Positions 55,173 to 63,564 of a stretch of DNA of 64,000 bases are shown piece after piece. The notes beneath the pieces are model-generated. The model saw only the letters and a program-made list of their open reading frames with translations. It ran no database searches and had not been told where the DNA came from. The translations under genes were made by a program, and so were the position numbers. Numbering within the stretch: position 1 is the first letter of the stretch; each line of letters opens with the position of its first letter. The DNA lies in the sequence record LT603033.1; one strand, written 5' to 3'.

Positions 55173-57902
55173 ATGTCATCAAAACGAATTATAGGAAGTG
55201 CCGAGATCCTTGGGAACTTGGCAATTGGACAAAGGTACGCTATGCGTACTTTTAATGGAACCTCACCGAATGCCAATACTGGAATTGTTCAATATCCAAT
55301 ATATAAGCGTTCAGAAGTTCAAAGTATTTTAGATATGTTGCCTATATCACGTGTAGGAGAAATGGATTACTTACCATTAAACGTAAGTGGGTCGTATGAA
55401 GGTGCTACACCTATGTCAAGTGACCAAGTAGTTCAGCCAACAATTATTGAAGATGATGGAACCGCCGTTGTTCTGCGTAGCGGAACCAATGGTAGTACTA
55501 AAGGTTTTTATTATTCATTTATACGAGAACTCCGAAATATAACTATGATTTCACAAGAAAGTGTTATTTCAACCAATTCAATGTATAAACCTTCAATTAT
55601 GAGTAGTACTGAAAATATTAAGTATTTTATTGGCTCTAATGGTTATGAGATGCTTGGATGTTTAAGTACTGAAGATAATTATATTTTTACTATAACCAAT
55701 GGCACATTTAACGAAATATCACATATTCATGCTAAAGTGCCAAGTACTTCTTTTGGTAATGATATGCCAATATATACACATATTGTTGGGACAAAGGTTT
55801 ATATTTGGTGTAAAGATAAAAGTGTTTCTAATTTAGGATTAGCACTTTCAATTTATACAGTAGAGCTAAGTGATGTGAAAGCAAGCTCAATGACATCATT
55901 AACAAAAGTTACTGGGTTATCAGGTCAAACTGTTCGAAACACAAGTTATTCTGCATCTAATAACATAAGAGTGTTCGATAAATTATATAGTGTTGGTACT
56001 AGCTCGGATTCATTATTCGAAGTTACATCACCAGTATCACGTGTAGAATTTTCAGACTATACAGACTTTAACATTCAAGCCAACGTTAGTCCTGATTTAT
56101 CAAAAATACGTGTAACTTTATATCCAACACATCGAATGGTTACACCTTTGTATATTTCAACAGTTTATGGTACTGGAATCAGTTTTGTTTATAATATAAA
56201 CTCAAAATCTATGTCACTAGATGGTAGTGCTCGTGCACCTGCAACTGTTTCATATAATAATGGATTTCAAGTTTCTAACCCATTTGAAATTGATATGGTC
56301 AACTTCACAGGGACAACTGCTGCTGGTGTATTAGGAAACGCAGGTGGTTTATGTCAAACTAAAGATGGTTTGGTATTTGCATCTAAATTTAGATGGAGTT
56401 CAACTGAATTTTATGGTCTACAACGATATAAGGTTAGTGGTACACCGTTTGATTCATGGGTTGCCAGTACTAGAACCGCAAGTAACGTTATAAATGCAAA
56501 CGTTTTACCAGTTTTTGGTAGTGCTGTTGGTGCAAACCTTTTAGGTGTACGTTTCATCGATAATAGAAAAATATTATTAGCATGTTCTGGTACGTATGAT
56601 GATGTAACATATAATTATAATAATACTGTTTTTTCTGAAATAGGTTCACAACCAACATATCAATATAACTCAGTTCAAAATAATACTACATTAAATGGTT
56701 TTGCACCACAATCTAATCGTAAACAAATAGGCGATGATTTTACATACACTGCTATGATTTCTCTTGTTGATACCGATGGTAGTGTTAGATGTTATGGAAC
56801 ATCATTCATTGAAGGTGTATATAAAACAAGTGGTGGATTATTAAACCCAGATACTTTAGAATTTGATGAAACATATACAATAGAACCAACGGTATTAGAA
56901 TCATTAAAACAAGATATTTTTGCTAATCTAGGAAACTCTGGCATTGTTGGTACACTATCTGGACAAATTGTATTATATTATGTACCTGATAATACTTTTT
57001 CTAAATCCATCGCAGTAGTTTCAGCATATAATCTTAACAATAACCAAGGTTATGCAATCTATGCCGAAGTTGATGTTGTATTATCTGGAACTAACATAAC
57101 TTCAGCTACATTGGTGAGTACTAGATATGAGACACTTAGTTCTGTTACAGGAATTATTACTGAAGCATATATGAAACGTTGTACTGGTCTAACAGTTGCA
57201 AAATATTCAGGATTTGGTTACATTGGTGTTGATGCTGTTCATCAATTTTCACAACCAGGTAATGCACAATTTAAGATGATGATAGCTAAAACAGTAGATG
57301 GTGTCATAACATCAAATCGTTTTTTATCATCTAGTTACATCCAACTTGGTGCAGCATATCAACATGGTGTTATTCCTGGTGTTGGTTTTGGATATTACAA
57401 TTTTCAAGATTCTGACTATCAAACCAAATCTGTATTCAGCGTTTTTGGTACAACATCTGCTGAAATGGATGGTTTAATTAGTGGAAATGGTAGCGTTAAA
57501 GAAAAGATTGTGGTAGTATCACAAGACGTTGCACAAGGATTCTCAGTGTACTTTACACGTGAAGTTCCGGTGTTTTTAGGTGGAATTTTCGACAGACTAC
57601 CTATACAAAGTGTTGATTTAAGTACTGTAAAAAGTAATCCAGCTAATACTACGTTCTATTTGTATATACAAATGAACAGGAATACTAAGAAAGCGTCATA
57701 TGTTATTAGTACTGAAACAATTGATGAATCTTTAACTAGCACTTACATTGGTAAGATAGTTACTGGAACTTCAGGAATAACTTCAATTGATACAGAAAAA
57801 GTAACTCGTTTTTTGACATATCGTCCAAGTACAACGAAACGTGGTTCAGCGATACCTGCCAGTACTGGTGTACCATCAGGTCCAGGTACACGTTGGAAAT
57901 AA
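55173..57902 (+). CDS. Putative virion structural protein, paralog C
   Basis: TAAGGA RBS; EDDGT.V.LRSGTNGS; VSQDVAQGF; KSNPANTTFY. Confidence 0.65.
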   Translation: MSSKRIIGSAEILGNLAIGQRYAMRTFNGTSPNANTGIVQYPIYKRSEVQSILDMLPISRVGEMDYLPLNVSGSYEGATPMSSDQVVQPTIIEDDGTAVVLRSGTNGSTKGFYYSFIRELRNITMISQESVISTNSMYKPSIMSSTENIKYFIGSNGYEMLGCLSTEDNYIFTITNGTFNEISHIHAKVPSTSFGNDMPIYTHIVGTKVYIWCKDKSVSNLGLALSIYTVELSDVKASSMTSLTKVTGLSGQTVRNTSYSASNNIRVFDKLYSVGTSSDSLFEVTSPVSRVEFSDYTDFNIQANVSPDLSKIRVTLYPTHRMVTPLYISTVYGTGISFVYNINSKSMSLDGSARAPATVSYNNGFQVSNPFEIDMVNFTGTTAAGVLGNAGGLCQTKDGLVFASKFRWSSTEFYGLQRYKVSGTPFDSWVASTRTASNVINANVLPVFGSAVGANLLGVRFIDNRKILLACSGTYDDVTYNYNNTVFSEIGSQPTYQYNSVQNNTTLNGFAPQSNRKQIGDDFTYTAMISLVDTDGSVRCYGTSFIEGVYKTSGGLLNPDTLEFDETYTIEPTVLESLKQDIFANLGNSGIVGTLSGQIVLYYVPDNTFSKSIAVVSAYNLNNNQGYAIYAEVDVVLSGTNITSATLVSTRYETLSSVTGIITEAYMKRCTGLTVAKYSGFGYIGVDAVHQFSQPGNAQFKMMIAKTVDGVITSNRFLSSSYIQLGAAYQHGVIPGVGFGYYNFQDSDYQTKSVFSVFGTTSAEMDGLISGNGSVKEKIVVVSQDVAQGFSVYFTREVPVFLGGIFDRLPIQSVDLSTVKSNPANTTFYLYIQMNRNTKKASYVISTETIDESLTSTYIGKIVTGTSGITSIDTEKVTRFLTYRPSTTKRGSAIPASTGVPSGPGTRWK

Positions 57903-57906
57903 ATTT

Positions 57907-57947
57907 AAAGCTCGTCTATTGACGGGCTTTTCTTTTATGTGTATAAT
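57907..57947 (+). promoter_or_regulatory. Terminator hairpin containing the -35 of a sigma70 promoter
   Basis: AAAGCTCGTC-tatt-GACGGGCTTT; TTGACG(57919)-17-TATAAT(57942). Confidence 0.8.
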
Positions 57948-57969
57948 TGAATAAAAATAGGAGGAAATT

Positions 57970-58536
57970 ATGGTCAAATCTTTATTACCGCCACCAAAAC
58001 GTCACAAAATCAAAGAAATGAAAGAACAACGTACATTAAAGATGTACATCAATTTAGTTAAGTTACTGTGTAAAAGTCCATCGCTCAAAGCAGAGTTTAA
58101 AACTGATGATGACCGCAAAGCACTAATTGAGATGAAATATATGCTCAGTAAAATGTCCTTTTACAAATTTGTAAAAGAATACGCAACTGAACCATTTAGT
58201 CCTCGTTGGAGATCCAAACCAAGAGAGTATTTTTACGGTGGTTCATATACGGATCGCATTCAAGACACAGTGATGGGCGTAGAGTTCGAGATTGATTATG
58301 AGCCGAATGGTGTGGAAAACTTGCAGATTGAGAAACGTTTACCAAGTGAAGAAGAAATTTATGTTTATGCAAGAAAACTTTCAACTTACAGTTCAAGAAT
58401 TACTCTAGGCAATTTAGATTCATTAATTATTTTCTATACACGTGTTGGTGTAGATAAGATGGTAACTAAACTCAATGAACTTTCATTACAACAAAAACAG
58501 ATTAATGCATACAAAGACATTACTGATTTATACTAA
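57970..58536 (+). CDS. Hypothetical protein, triplet paralog 1
   Basis: AGGAGG RBS; KSPSLK...TDDDRKALIEMKYMLSK. Confidence 0.8.
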   Translation: MVKSLLPPPKRHKIKEMKEQRTLKMYINLVKLLCKSPSLKAEFKTDDDRKALIEMKYMLSKMSFYKFVKEYATEPFSPRWRSKPREYFYGGSYTDRIQDTVMGVEFEIDYEPNGVENLQIEKRLPSEEEIYVYARKLSTYSSRITLGNLDSLIIFYTRVGVDKMVTKLNELSLQQKQINAYKDITDLY

Positions 58537-58542
58537 TGAGGA

Positions 58543-59064
58543 ATGGATATGTTTTTTGGATCAGTTGGAAAACAAAACAGTACTTTAATTTGGCATGAAA
58601 TTATCTTTAAAATTATATCTAAAAGCTACTCACTAAAGGATATTATCACCACAGATAATGATAGACGTATCCTGTTAGATGCAAAATATAAATTGAGCAA
58701 ACACCCTTTACTTTCTTTAATCATTGATTACGTTAATGATTATGAATCTAGTCGTTGGAAGTGGGAAGACGGCGGTTTATTTCGTGGAAAAACATTCTAC
58801 GGTGCGGAACGATATGTTTTCAGTGATGCATCAAATGGCGTTAAGTTTGTTATTAGAAACTTTAACTCCAAAGAAAATGATTATCTTGAAAGTGGAGTGA
58901 AAGTATATATCGATAATAATAGCAATGTCCTAACATATGACGAATCACTAATTATGTTACAAATAATGCGTGGAGTTGAAGGTGTAAGAAACAACCTTAC
59001 TAAATTGAAAATCCAGCAAAATGATATACATAATAGACAGAAAATTAAGGGTTTATATAAATGA
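58543..59064 (+). CDS. Hypothetical protein, triplet paralog 2
   Basis: KSYSLK...TDNDRRILLDAKYKLSK. Confidence 0.8.
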   Translation: MDMFFGSVGKQNSTLIWHEIIFKIISKSYSLKDIITTDNDRRILLDAKYKLSKHPLLSLIIDYVNDYESSRWKWEDGGLFRGKTFYGAERYVFSDASNGVKFVIRNFNSKENDYLESGVKVYIDNNSNVLTYDESLIMLQIMRGVEGVRNNLTKLKIQQNDIHNRQKIKGLYK

Positions 59065-59570
59065 TTTCATTTTTCAAAAAGAAACAAAAAGTTGATGAAA
59101 CCGGATTAGAATCGTTTCTATGGACTCTTATCATCAAAAAAAGTCCATTGATAAAAGAATATGCTATCAATGATGCTAATAGAAAAACTATCATTGAATA
59201 CAAATACGAATTATCAAAATGCGATCCAATCGTTTATCACTTTGCGAAGTACTGTTCAAAAAATTTATCGGATATCACAATAGACCATGAGTCAGTTCCA
59301 ATGAGCTTTCCTTATGGTGATTGGGTAGATACTTTTGATATTTTTGATGGGTCCAATGGATTCAGTTTCTTTTACTCGTCAAATAAAGCAAATGTTCGTA
59401 TTAAAACAGAGATAGGTTGGGCACAGCATAGCTCAAATAAAGAAGATTATAATTTATTAGCTGACGTATACCGAAGTGTGAAGAATTCAAAGGATATTGA
59501 TGAAAGAATTAAAAAGCAAAATCGTATATCTTTATCACTTGAAACATACAAGTCAAAGTATGGTGGTTAA
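59061..59570 (+). CDS. Hypothetical protein, triplet paralog 3
   Basis: KSPLIK...NDANRKTIIEYKYELSK. Confidence 0.8.
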   Translation: MISFFKKKQKVDETGLESFLWTLIIKKSPLIKEYAINDANRKTIIEYKYELSKCDPIVYHFAKYCSKNLSDITIDHESVPMSFPYGDWVDTFDIFDGSNGFSFFYSSNKANVRIKTEIGWAQHSSNKEDYNLLADVYRSVKNSKDIDERIKKQNRISLSLETYKSKYGG

Positions 59571-59572
59571 CT

Positions 59573-59974
59573 ATGACTACAGTTGATGATATCTATAGCA
59601 CTATACGCAATATGAGTACAGATAGAAAAGTATTTGGCGATAAAGAAAAATCTAAGTGTTATGGTATTGATTCTTTTGATATAATTTCTTATGAGTACAA
59701 TACAAGTGGAAATAGTTCACTGAATATCGTCTGTCCTCGTGACCCAGAAAATAATTTTATGTATGTTGAAATTAATAATGATGGAATGTTTTTTACAAAA
59801 GTTTTCAAAGGTGGAATTAATTACGAACCTATTGAATGTATGAATGAAGAAACTTTCTTTCAAGAAGATACAATTATCAATTTAGGTTTTAGTTTTGATG
59901 ATTATAAAACATTAGAACATGACTTTAATCGTTATTATAATGGTTTCTTAAAGGAGTTAACAATTTATCTATGA
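59573..59974 (+). CDS. Hypothetical protein, FQ-motif family
   Basis: EETFFQEDT. Confidence 0.7.
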   Translation: MTTVDDIYSTIRNMSTDRKVFGDKEKSKCYGIDSFDIISYEYNTSGNSSLNIVCPRDPENNFMYVEINNDGMFFTKVFKGGINYEPIECMNEETFFQEDTIINLGFSFDDYKTLEHDFNRYYNGFLKELTIYL

Positions 59975-61203
59975 ATAACCAATATATTGAACAAACAATA
60001 GTGAAACACTTGGCTGGGTCACAAGCCTACGGAACCAGTACACCGGAAAGTGATACTGATTATCGTGGTATTTTTCTTGCTAATAAAGAATTTATTCTTA
60101 CACCCTTCTATAAGGTCAAAGAGGTAGCTGACAAAAGCGAAGAAGATACTAAATTCTATGAGTTGAATCAGTATTTAAAATTATACACTGAAGCTAACCC
60201 TAATATTCTTGAATCACTTTGGGTTGAACCTGAACACATTGTGGAAAGTACTGAGATTTATGACTATCTTCGTTCATTTAACCAAAAACTTCTTAGTTCT
60301 AAGATTGCATTTTCATATACTGGATATGCATATAATCAGATTAAGCGTATGACAAATCATCACGGTTGGATGGATAAAGAGCGTATTGCTGAAAAACGAT
60401 TAAATGAGATTTTAGAAGAACACCCTGCCGATGAGGTTCTTGCGTGGATGTATGATTCATTCCCACAGTATCTTGTTGAACGTTTAGATACATCCAACTT
60501 ACATCCATTTAATGCTAAAAAGATTGATTTTGAAAAATATATGCGTGATACATCATTACAGTTAGTTTCGAAAAATCCATTAAAGCAATATCATTTCGTA
60601 AGATTAGTGCATAACTACACTACTGAAAAAATTCTTGATCGTGATTTCAATTTATTGAATTTTAATAATGGTTATGAACTAATTCATTACGGAGAAAACA
60701 TTTTTGCGATTATTAAAAATCCGAATGAAAGCACTATCAACGGTGATGGATCATTGCGTTATTTTTCTAAAGAGCGTAGTACTGAAGAGTTGAAAACCAA
60801 ACCAGAACTAATTGTCAAATTTAACGAAAAAGAATATCAGGAAAATAGTGAGAATAGGAAAAGTTATCATAAATGGAAAGAAAATCGTAATGCCAAACGT
60901 GCTATTTTAGAATCACAACACGGATACGATTGTAAACATGCTATGCACACAATCCGACTTTTGAATAGTGCAGAAGAAGCATTACAAAGTGGAATTATTC
61001 AAGTTAAACGACCAGATGCACAAATGTTGATGGATATTCGTAATGGTAAATGGAAGTATGAAGAAGTATTAGAATATTTCGATGATAAAGTACAATACAT
61101 TCGTGATGTTCTATATAAGAAATCAGTACTTCCTAAAAAACCAAACATCAAGTTAGCATCAAAAATTATCATTGATATTAGAGAAATGCAATGGTATAAG
61201 TAA
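59971..61203 (+). CDS. Pol-beta-superfamily nucleotidyltransferase (RlaP-like)
   Basis: GSQAYGTSTPESDTDYRGIF, ANPNILE.LW, GYDCKHAMH.IRLL, L.DIRNG. Confidence 0.85.
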   Translation: MNNQYIEQTIVKHLAGSQAYGTSTPESDTDYRGIFLANKEFILTPFYKVKEVADKSEEDTKFYELNQYLKLYTEANPNILESLWVEPEHIVESTEIYDYLRSFNQKLLSSKIAFSYTGYAYNQIKRMTNHHGWMDKERIAEKRLNEILEEHPADEVLAWMYDSFPQYLVERLDTSNLHPFNAKKIDFEKYMRDTSLQLVSKNPLKQYHFVRLVHNYTTEKILDRDFNLLNFNNGYELIHYGENIFAIIKNPNESTINGDGSLRYFSKERSTEELKTKPELIVKFNEKEYQENSENRKSYHKWKENRNAKRAILESQHGYDCKHAMHTIRLLNSAEEALQSGIIQVKRPDAQMLMDIRNGKWKYEEVLEYFDDKVQYIRDVLYKKSVLPKKPNIKLASKIIIDIREMQWYK

Positions 61204-61315
61204 CATATACAAGTGTATAATGGTACTAAAAATGCCATTATACTCGATAAATACTCAATATAAATTAACGCAAGGATTAAGTCTGGCACACCAAATCGTT
61301 TCCGTGATTTATAAC

Positions 61316-61344
61316 TTGACATAGAAAAAGTAATTATGTATAAT
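61316..61344 (+). promoter_or_regulatory. Consensus sigma70 promoter
   Basis: TTGACA-17-TATAAT. Confidence 0.85.
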
Positions 61345-61345
61345 C

Positions 61346-61375
61346 AGAGAACTTCATATGGAGTTCTCTTTTTTT
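61346..61375 (+). terminator. Terminator hairpin directly after the -10 box
   Basis: AGAGAACTTC-atat-GGAGTTCTCT plus T run. Confidence 0.85.
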
Positions 61376-61388
61376 ATAAGGTGATAAA

Positions 61389-61808
61389 ATGTTAAATGAA
61401 CGTATTAAAAATGCACTACATGTATTGAACCAAGAAGTAAATTCTATTGATAAAAGTACTGACCGTTATAAAGTAATGCATGAAATCAAACAAGAATTGG
61501 AATCTATTAATAAGGGAGAATGGTGGTATCTTCAGCCCGAATATCAAACTCGTGAATTAAACGATGTTGAAAAAGAAATTGTCAAATTCATCACTACTCG
61601 TTACTGTGATACATCAGAGAATGATGTATCAGCGAACTTCAATCTTACTAAATTGGAAGTCGAAGAAAAATTCAATTTTGATTGGCTTGATTGGATTGAA
61701 ATGGTAATGGAACTAGAAGAAAAATTCAATGTTGAAGTTGATGAAAAGTTCGAGAATAATGAAACTAAGCTGTATGAACTAGTAGAACATATTCAAAAAA
61801 TGTTGTAA
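61389..61808 (+). CDS. Acyl-carrier-protein-like protein lacking the phosphopantetheine Ser
   Basis: C-terminal DWLDWIEMVMELEEKFNVEV aligns with E. coli AcpP [20 protein letters not shown]. Confidence 0.7.
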   Translation: MLNERIKNALHVLNQEVNSIDKSTDRYKVMHEIKQELESINKGEWWYLQPEYQTRELNDVEKEIVKFITTRYCDTSENDVSANFNLTKLEVEEKFNFDWLDWIEMVMELEEKFNVEVDEKFENNETKLYELVEHIQKML

Positions 61809-61827
61809 AACTATACAATTGTATACT

Positions 61828-61834
61828 CTAAATA
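61828..61834 (+). promoter_or_regulatory. Possible late promoter variant before spanins
   Basis: CTAAATA, preceded by the palindrome TATACAATTGTATA (61812-61825). Confidence 0.35.
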
Positions 61835-61861
61835 ATATCATCAACTATAGGAGATATTATT

Positions 61862-62236
61862 ATGAGTATGTTAGAAATAATTGTTTCAAAAATTCTTATT
61901 CCATTTTGGAAACCAATTTCTTTTGTATTATTAATTGGCGGTTCAGCTTATGCTGGTTGGGAAGCTAATACTTATTACAGTGGCTATCAACAAAGCATAG
62001 AGCAACAAATAGCTAAAAAAGTTGATACCGCCTTGGATAAAATGCAACAAGAAAATGCAAAAAATTACCTTGAAACGAAAAAAATCATGGAAGATAATGC
62101 TAAAGTTATTGAAACAAAGGTTCCTTTTATTGTAGAACGTGAAGTTTATAAGAATGTATGTTTAGATGAAGATGGTGTAAAAGTACTGAATGAACTAAAA
62201 CAAAATTCTCAAGCTGCGAGGAATAAATTCAAATGA
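61862..62236 (+). CDS. Inner-membrane spanin (Rz-like)
   Basis: N-terminal TM, coiled-coil, C-terminal YKNVCLDEDG; paired with downstream lipoprotein. Confidence 0.8.
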   Translation: MSMLEIIVSKILIPFWKPISFVLLIGGSAYAGWEANTYYSGYQQSIEQQIAKKVDTALDKMQQENAKNYLETKKIMEDNAKVIETKVPFIVEREVYKNVCLDEDGVKVLNELKQNSQAARNKFK

Positions 62237-62541
62237 AAAAATTATTAGTTCCGTTTATTTCTTTTTTAATTATAAGTGGATGTGCCGAACAAGTAAAACT
62301 ACAATCCCCTGCTCCAATTAAACAAGAAATTCTGTTAGAAAGATGTGATGATGATACACCTCTACCACAAAAAATTATGATTGACAAAAATGGTTTTAAA
62401 GGTTATGATGGTGCAGAAATTCTTAAAGTACTTACTCGTTGGGATGCAGTCTACAATGAATGTGCTTTAAAACATGACGCATTGATTAAAACTATTCGTG
62501 ATTTACAAGGTAAAGATATTAAAATCAATATCAAGGAATAA
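62233..62541 (+). CDS. Outer-membrane lipoprotein spanin (Rz1-like)
   Basis: Lipobox ISGC; C..PLP; W..VYNECALKHDAL. Confidence 0.8.
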   Translation: MKKLLVPFISFLIISGCAEQVKLQSPAPIKQEILLERCDDDTPLPQKIMIDKNGFKGYDGAEILKVLTRWDAVYNECALKHDALIKTIRDLQGKDIKINIKE

Positions 62542-62542
62542 A

Positions 62543-63154
62543 ATGAACAAATATCATGTTTACTATACGACAAAATTATCACTTCTTGACGAATTAAATC
62601 AACGAAGTACTAAGATGAAACGCTACACTTTAAATGGAATTACTTTTAGGTATTTCCCACAAAAAGTTCTTACATTTATTAAGAATCCAAAATGCGTGGC
62701 ATGTGGGATTGAAGCCACTGAAGTACGCATTGAACGTTCATTTTGTTCTGATCCAGTATATGGTAAACCACATTTAAATGTATATGCTGTATGTGGTCTT
62801 TATGAAGTGTTGATGACAGTTGATCATAATCATCTGGCATCTAAGGGTGGACCTGATTTAGAGTCAAACTTTAATACTATGTGCTCCAGATGTAATCAAC
62901 TACGTTCGAATAAAACTGAAACAGTTGATGAGTTTCTTGAGAAAGTTAAAGGTCGTAATCTTCTCCAAGAACATATGAATAATTTCTTTAATGTACAAAA
63001 AAAGAAAAATAACATTGACAAGTCGAAACTACTAGAAGAACGTAGGTTACGTCAAGAATTATGGGAAACTGATCATCTATGGCATGTTCGAGAGTTTGGT
63101 CGTCATATGAAAGCTTTGAAAAAAGAACAGAAGAAATTGAATAAACATGATTGA
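62543..63154 (+). CDS. HNH endonuclease-domain protein
   Basis: AAGGA RBS; CVACG, MTVDH...SKGG...N...MCSRCNQLRSNK. Confidence 0.8.
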   Translation: MNKYHVYYTTKLSLLDELNQRSTKMKRYTLNGITFRYFPQKVLTFIKNPKCVACGIEATEVRIERSFCSDPVYGKPHLNVYAVCGLYEVLMTVDHNHLASKGGPDLESNFNTMCSRCNQLRSNKTETVDEFLEKVKGRNLLQEHMNNFFNVQKKKNNIDKSKLLEERRLRQELWETDHLWHVREFGRHMKALKKEQKKLNKHD

Positions 63155-63195
63155 TATGATATTATAGGGACTTGATTATTCAAGTCCTTTTTTTT
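63137..63195 (+). promoter_or_regulatory. sigma70-like promoter followed immediately by terminator hairpin
   Basis: TTGAAT-17-TATTAT(63160); GGACTTGA-ttat-TCAAGTCC plus T run. Confidence 0.6.
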
Positions 63196-63206
63196 GGAGA
63201 AAATAA

Positions 63207-63563
63207 ATGAAATCTAAAATCTTTTTACCACAATTAATGTGGCATCTAGCAGAGTTAGATGAAAATGATGAATATACTGACTATGGTGCATGGGATGACA
63301 GTACTGAAACTTTTAAACCAGATGTAAAATATAAAATCATCTGCAATGAAAGCAAAGGACACAGAAGGTGGACTGAAGAATTTGATCTCGTATTTCTTGA
63401 CATGAGCACAAATAAGTTTTATCATTGTACTTATGAACGAGGTTTAACAGAAGATAGACCAGTACAACCATTCAGTACTGAAACTGATGGTGTTAAGTGC
63501 AATGAAGTTTCTGTTACCAGAGAAGAAATTATCACTTATCGAACTTTGTGGAAATATTTGTAA
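63207..63563 (+). CDS. Hypothetical acidic protein
   Basis: GGAG RBS. Confidence 0.75.
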   Translation: MKSKIFLPQLMWHLAELDENDEYTDYGAWDDSTETFKPDVKYKIICNESKGHRRWTEEFDLVFLDMSTNKFYHCTYERGLTEDRPVQPFSTETDGVKCNEVSVTREEIITYRTLWKYL

Positions 63564-63564
63564 A

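Noticed and set aside
1175-61322. Most short overlapping ORFs in the track (all minus-strand ones except 36332-36709, and nested + ORFs such as 1175, 3978, 8774, 9833, 19561, 22811, 23042, 31895, 47243, 51026, 60999)
   Set aside because: They lie within or antisense to longer coupled genes, lack an RBS and read like shadow frames.
62543-63154. HNH gene as a mobile intron or intein element
   Set aside because: It is free-standing with its own RBS and does not interrupt a gene; no splicing structure seen.
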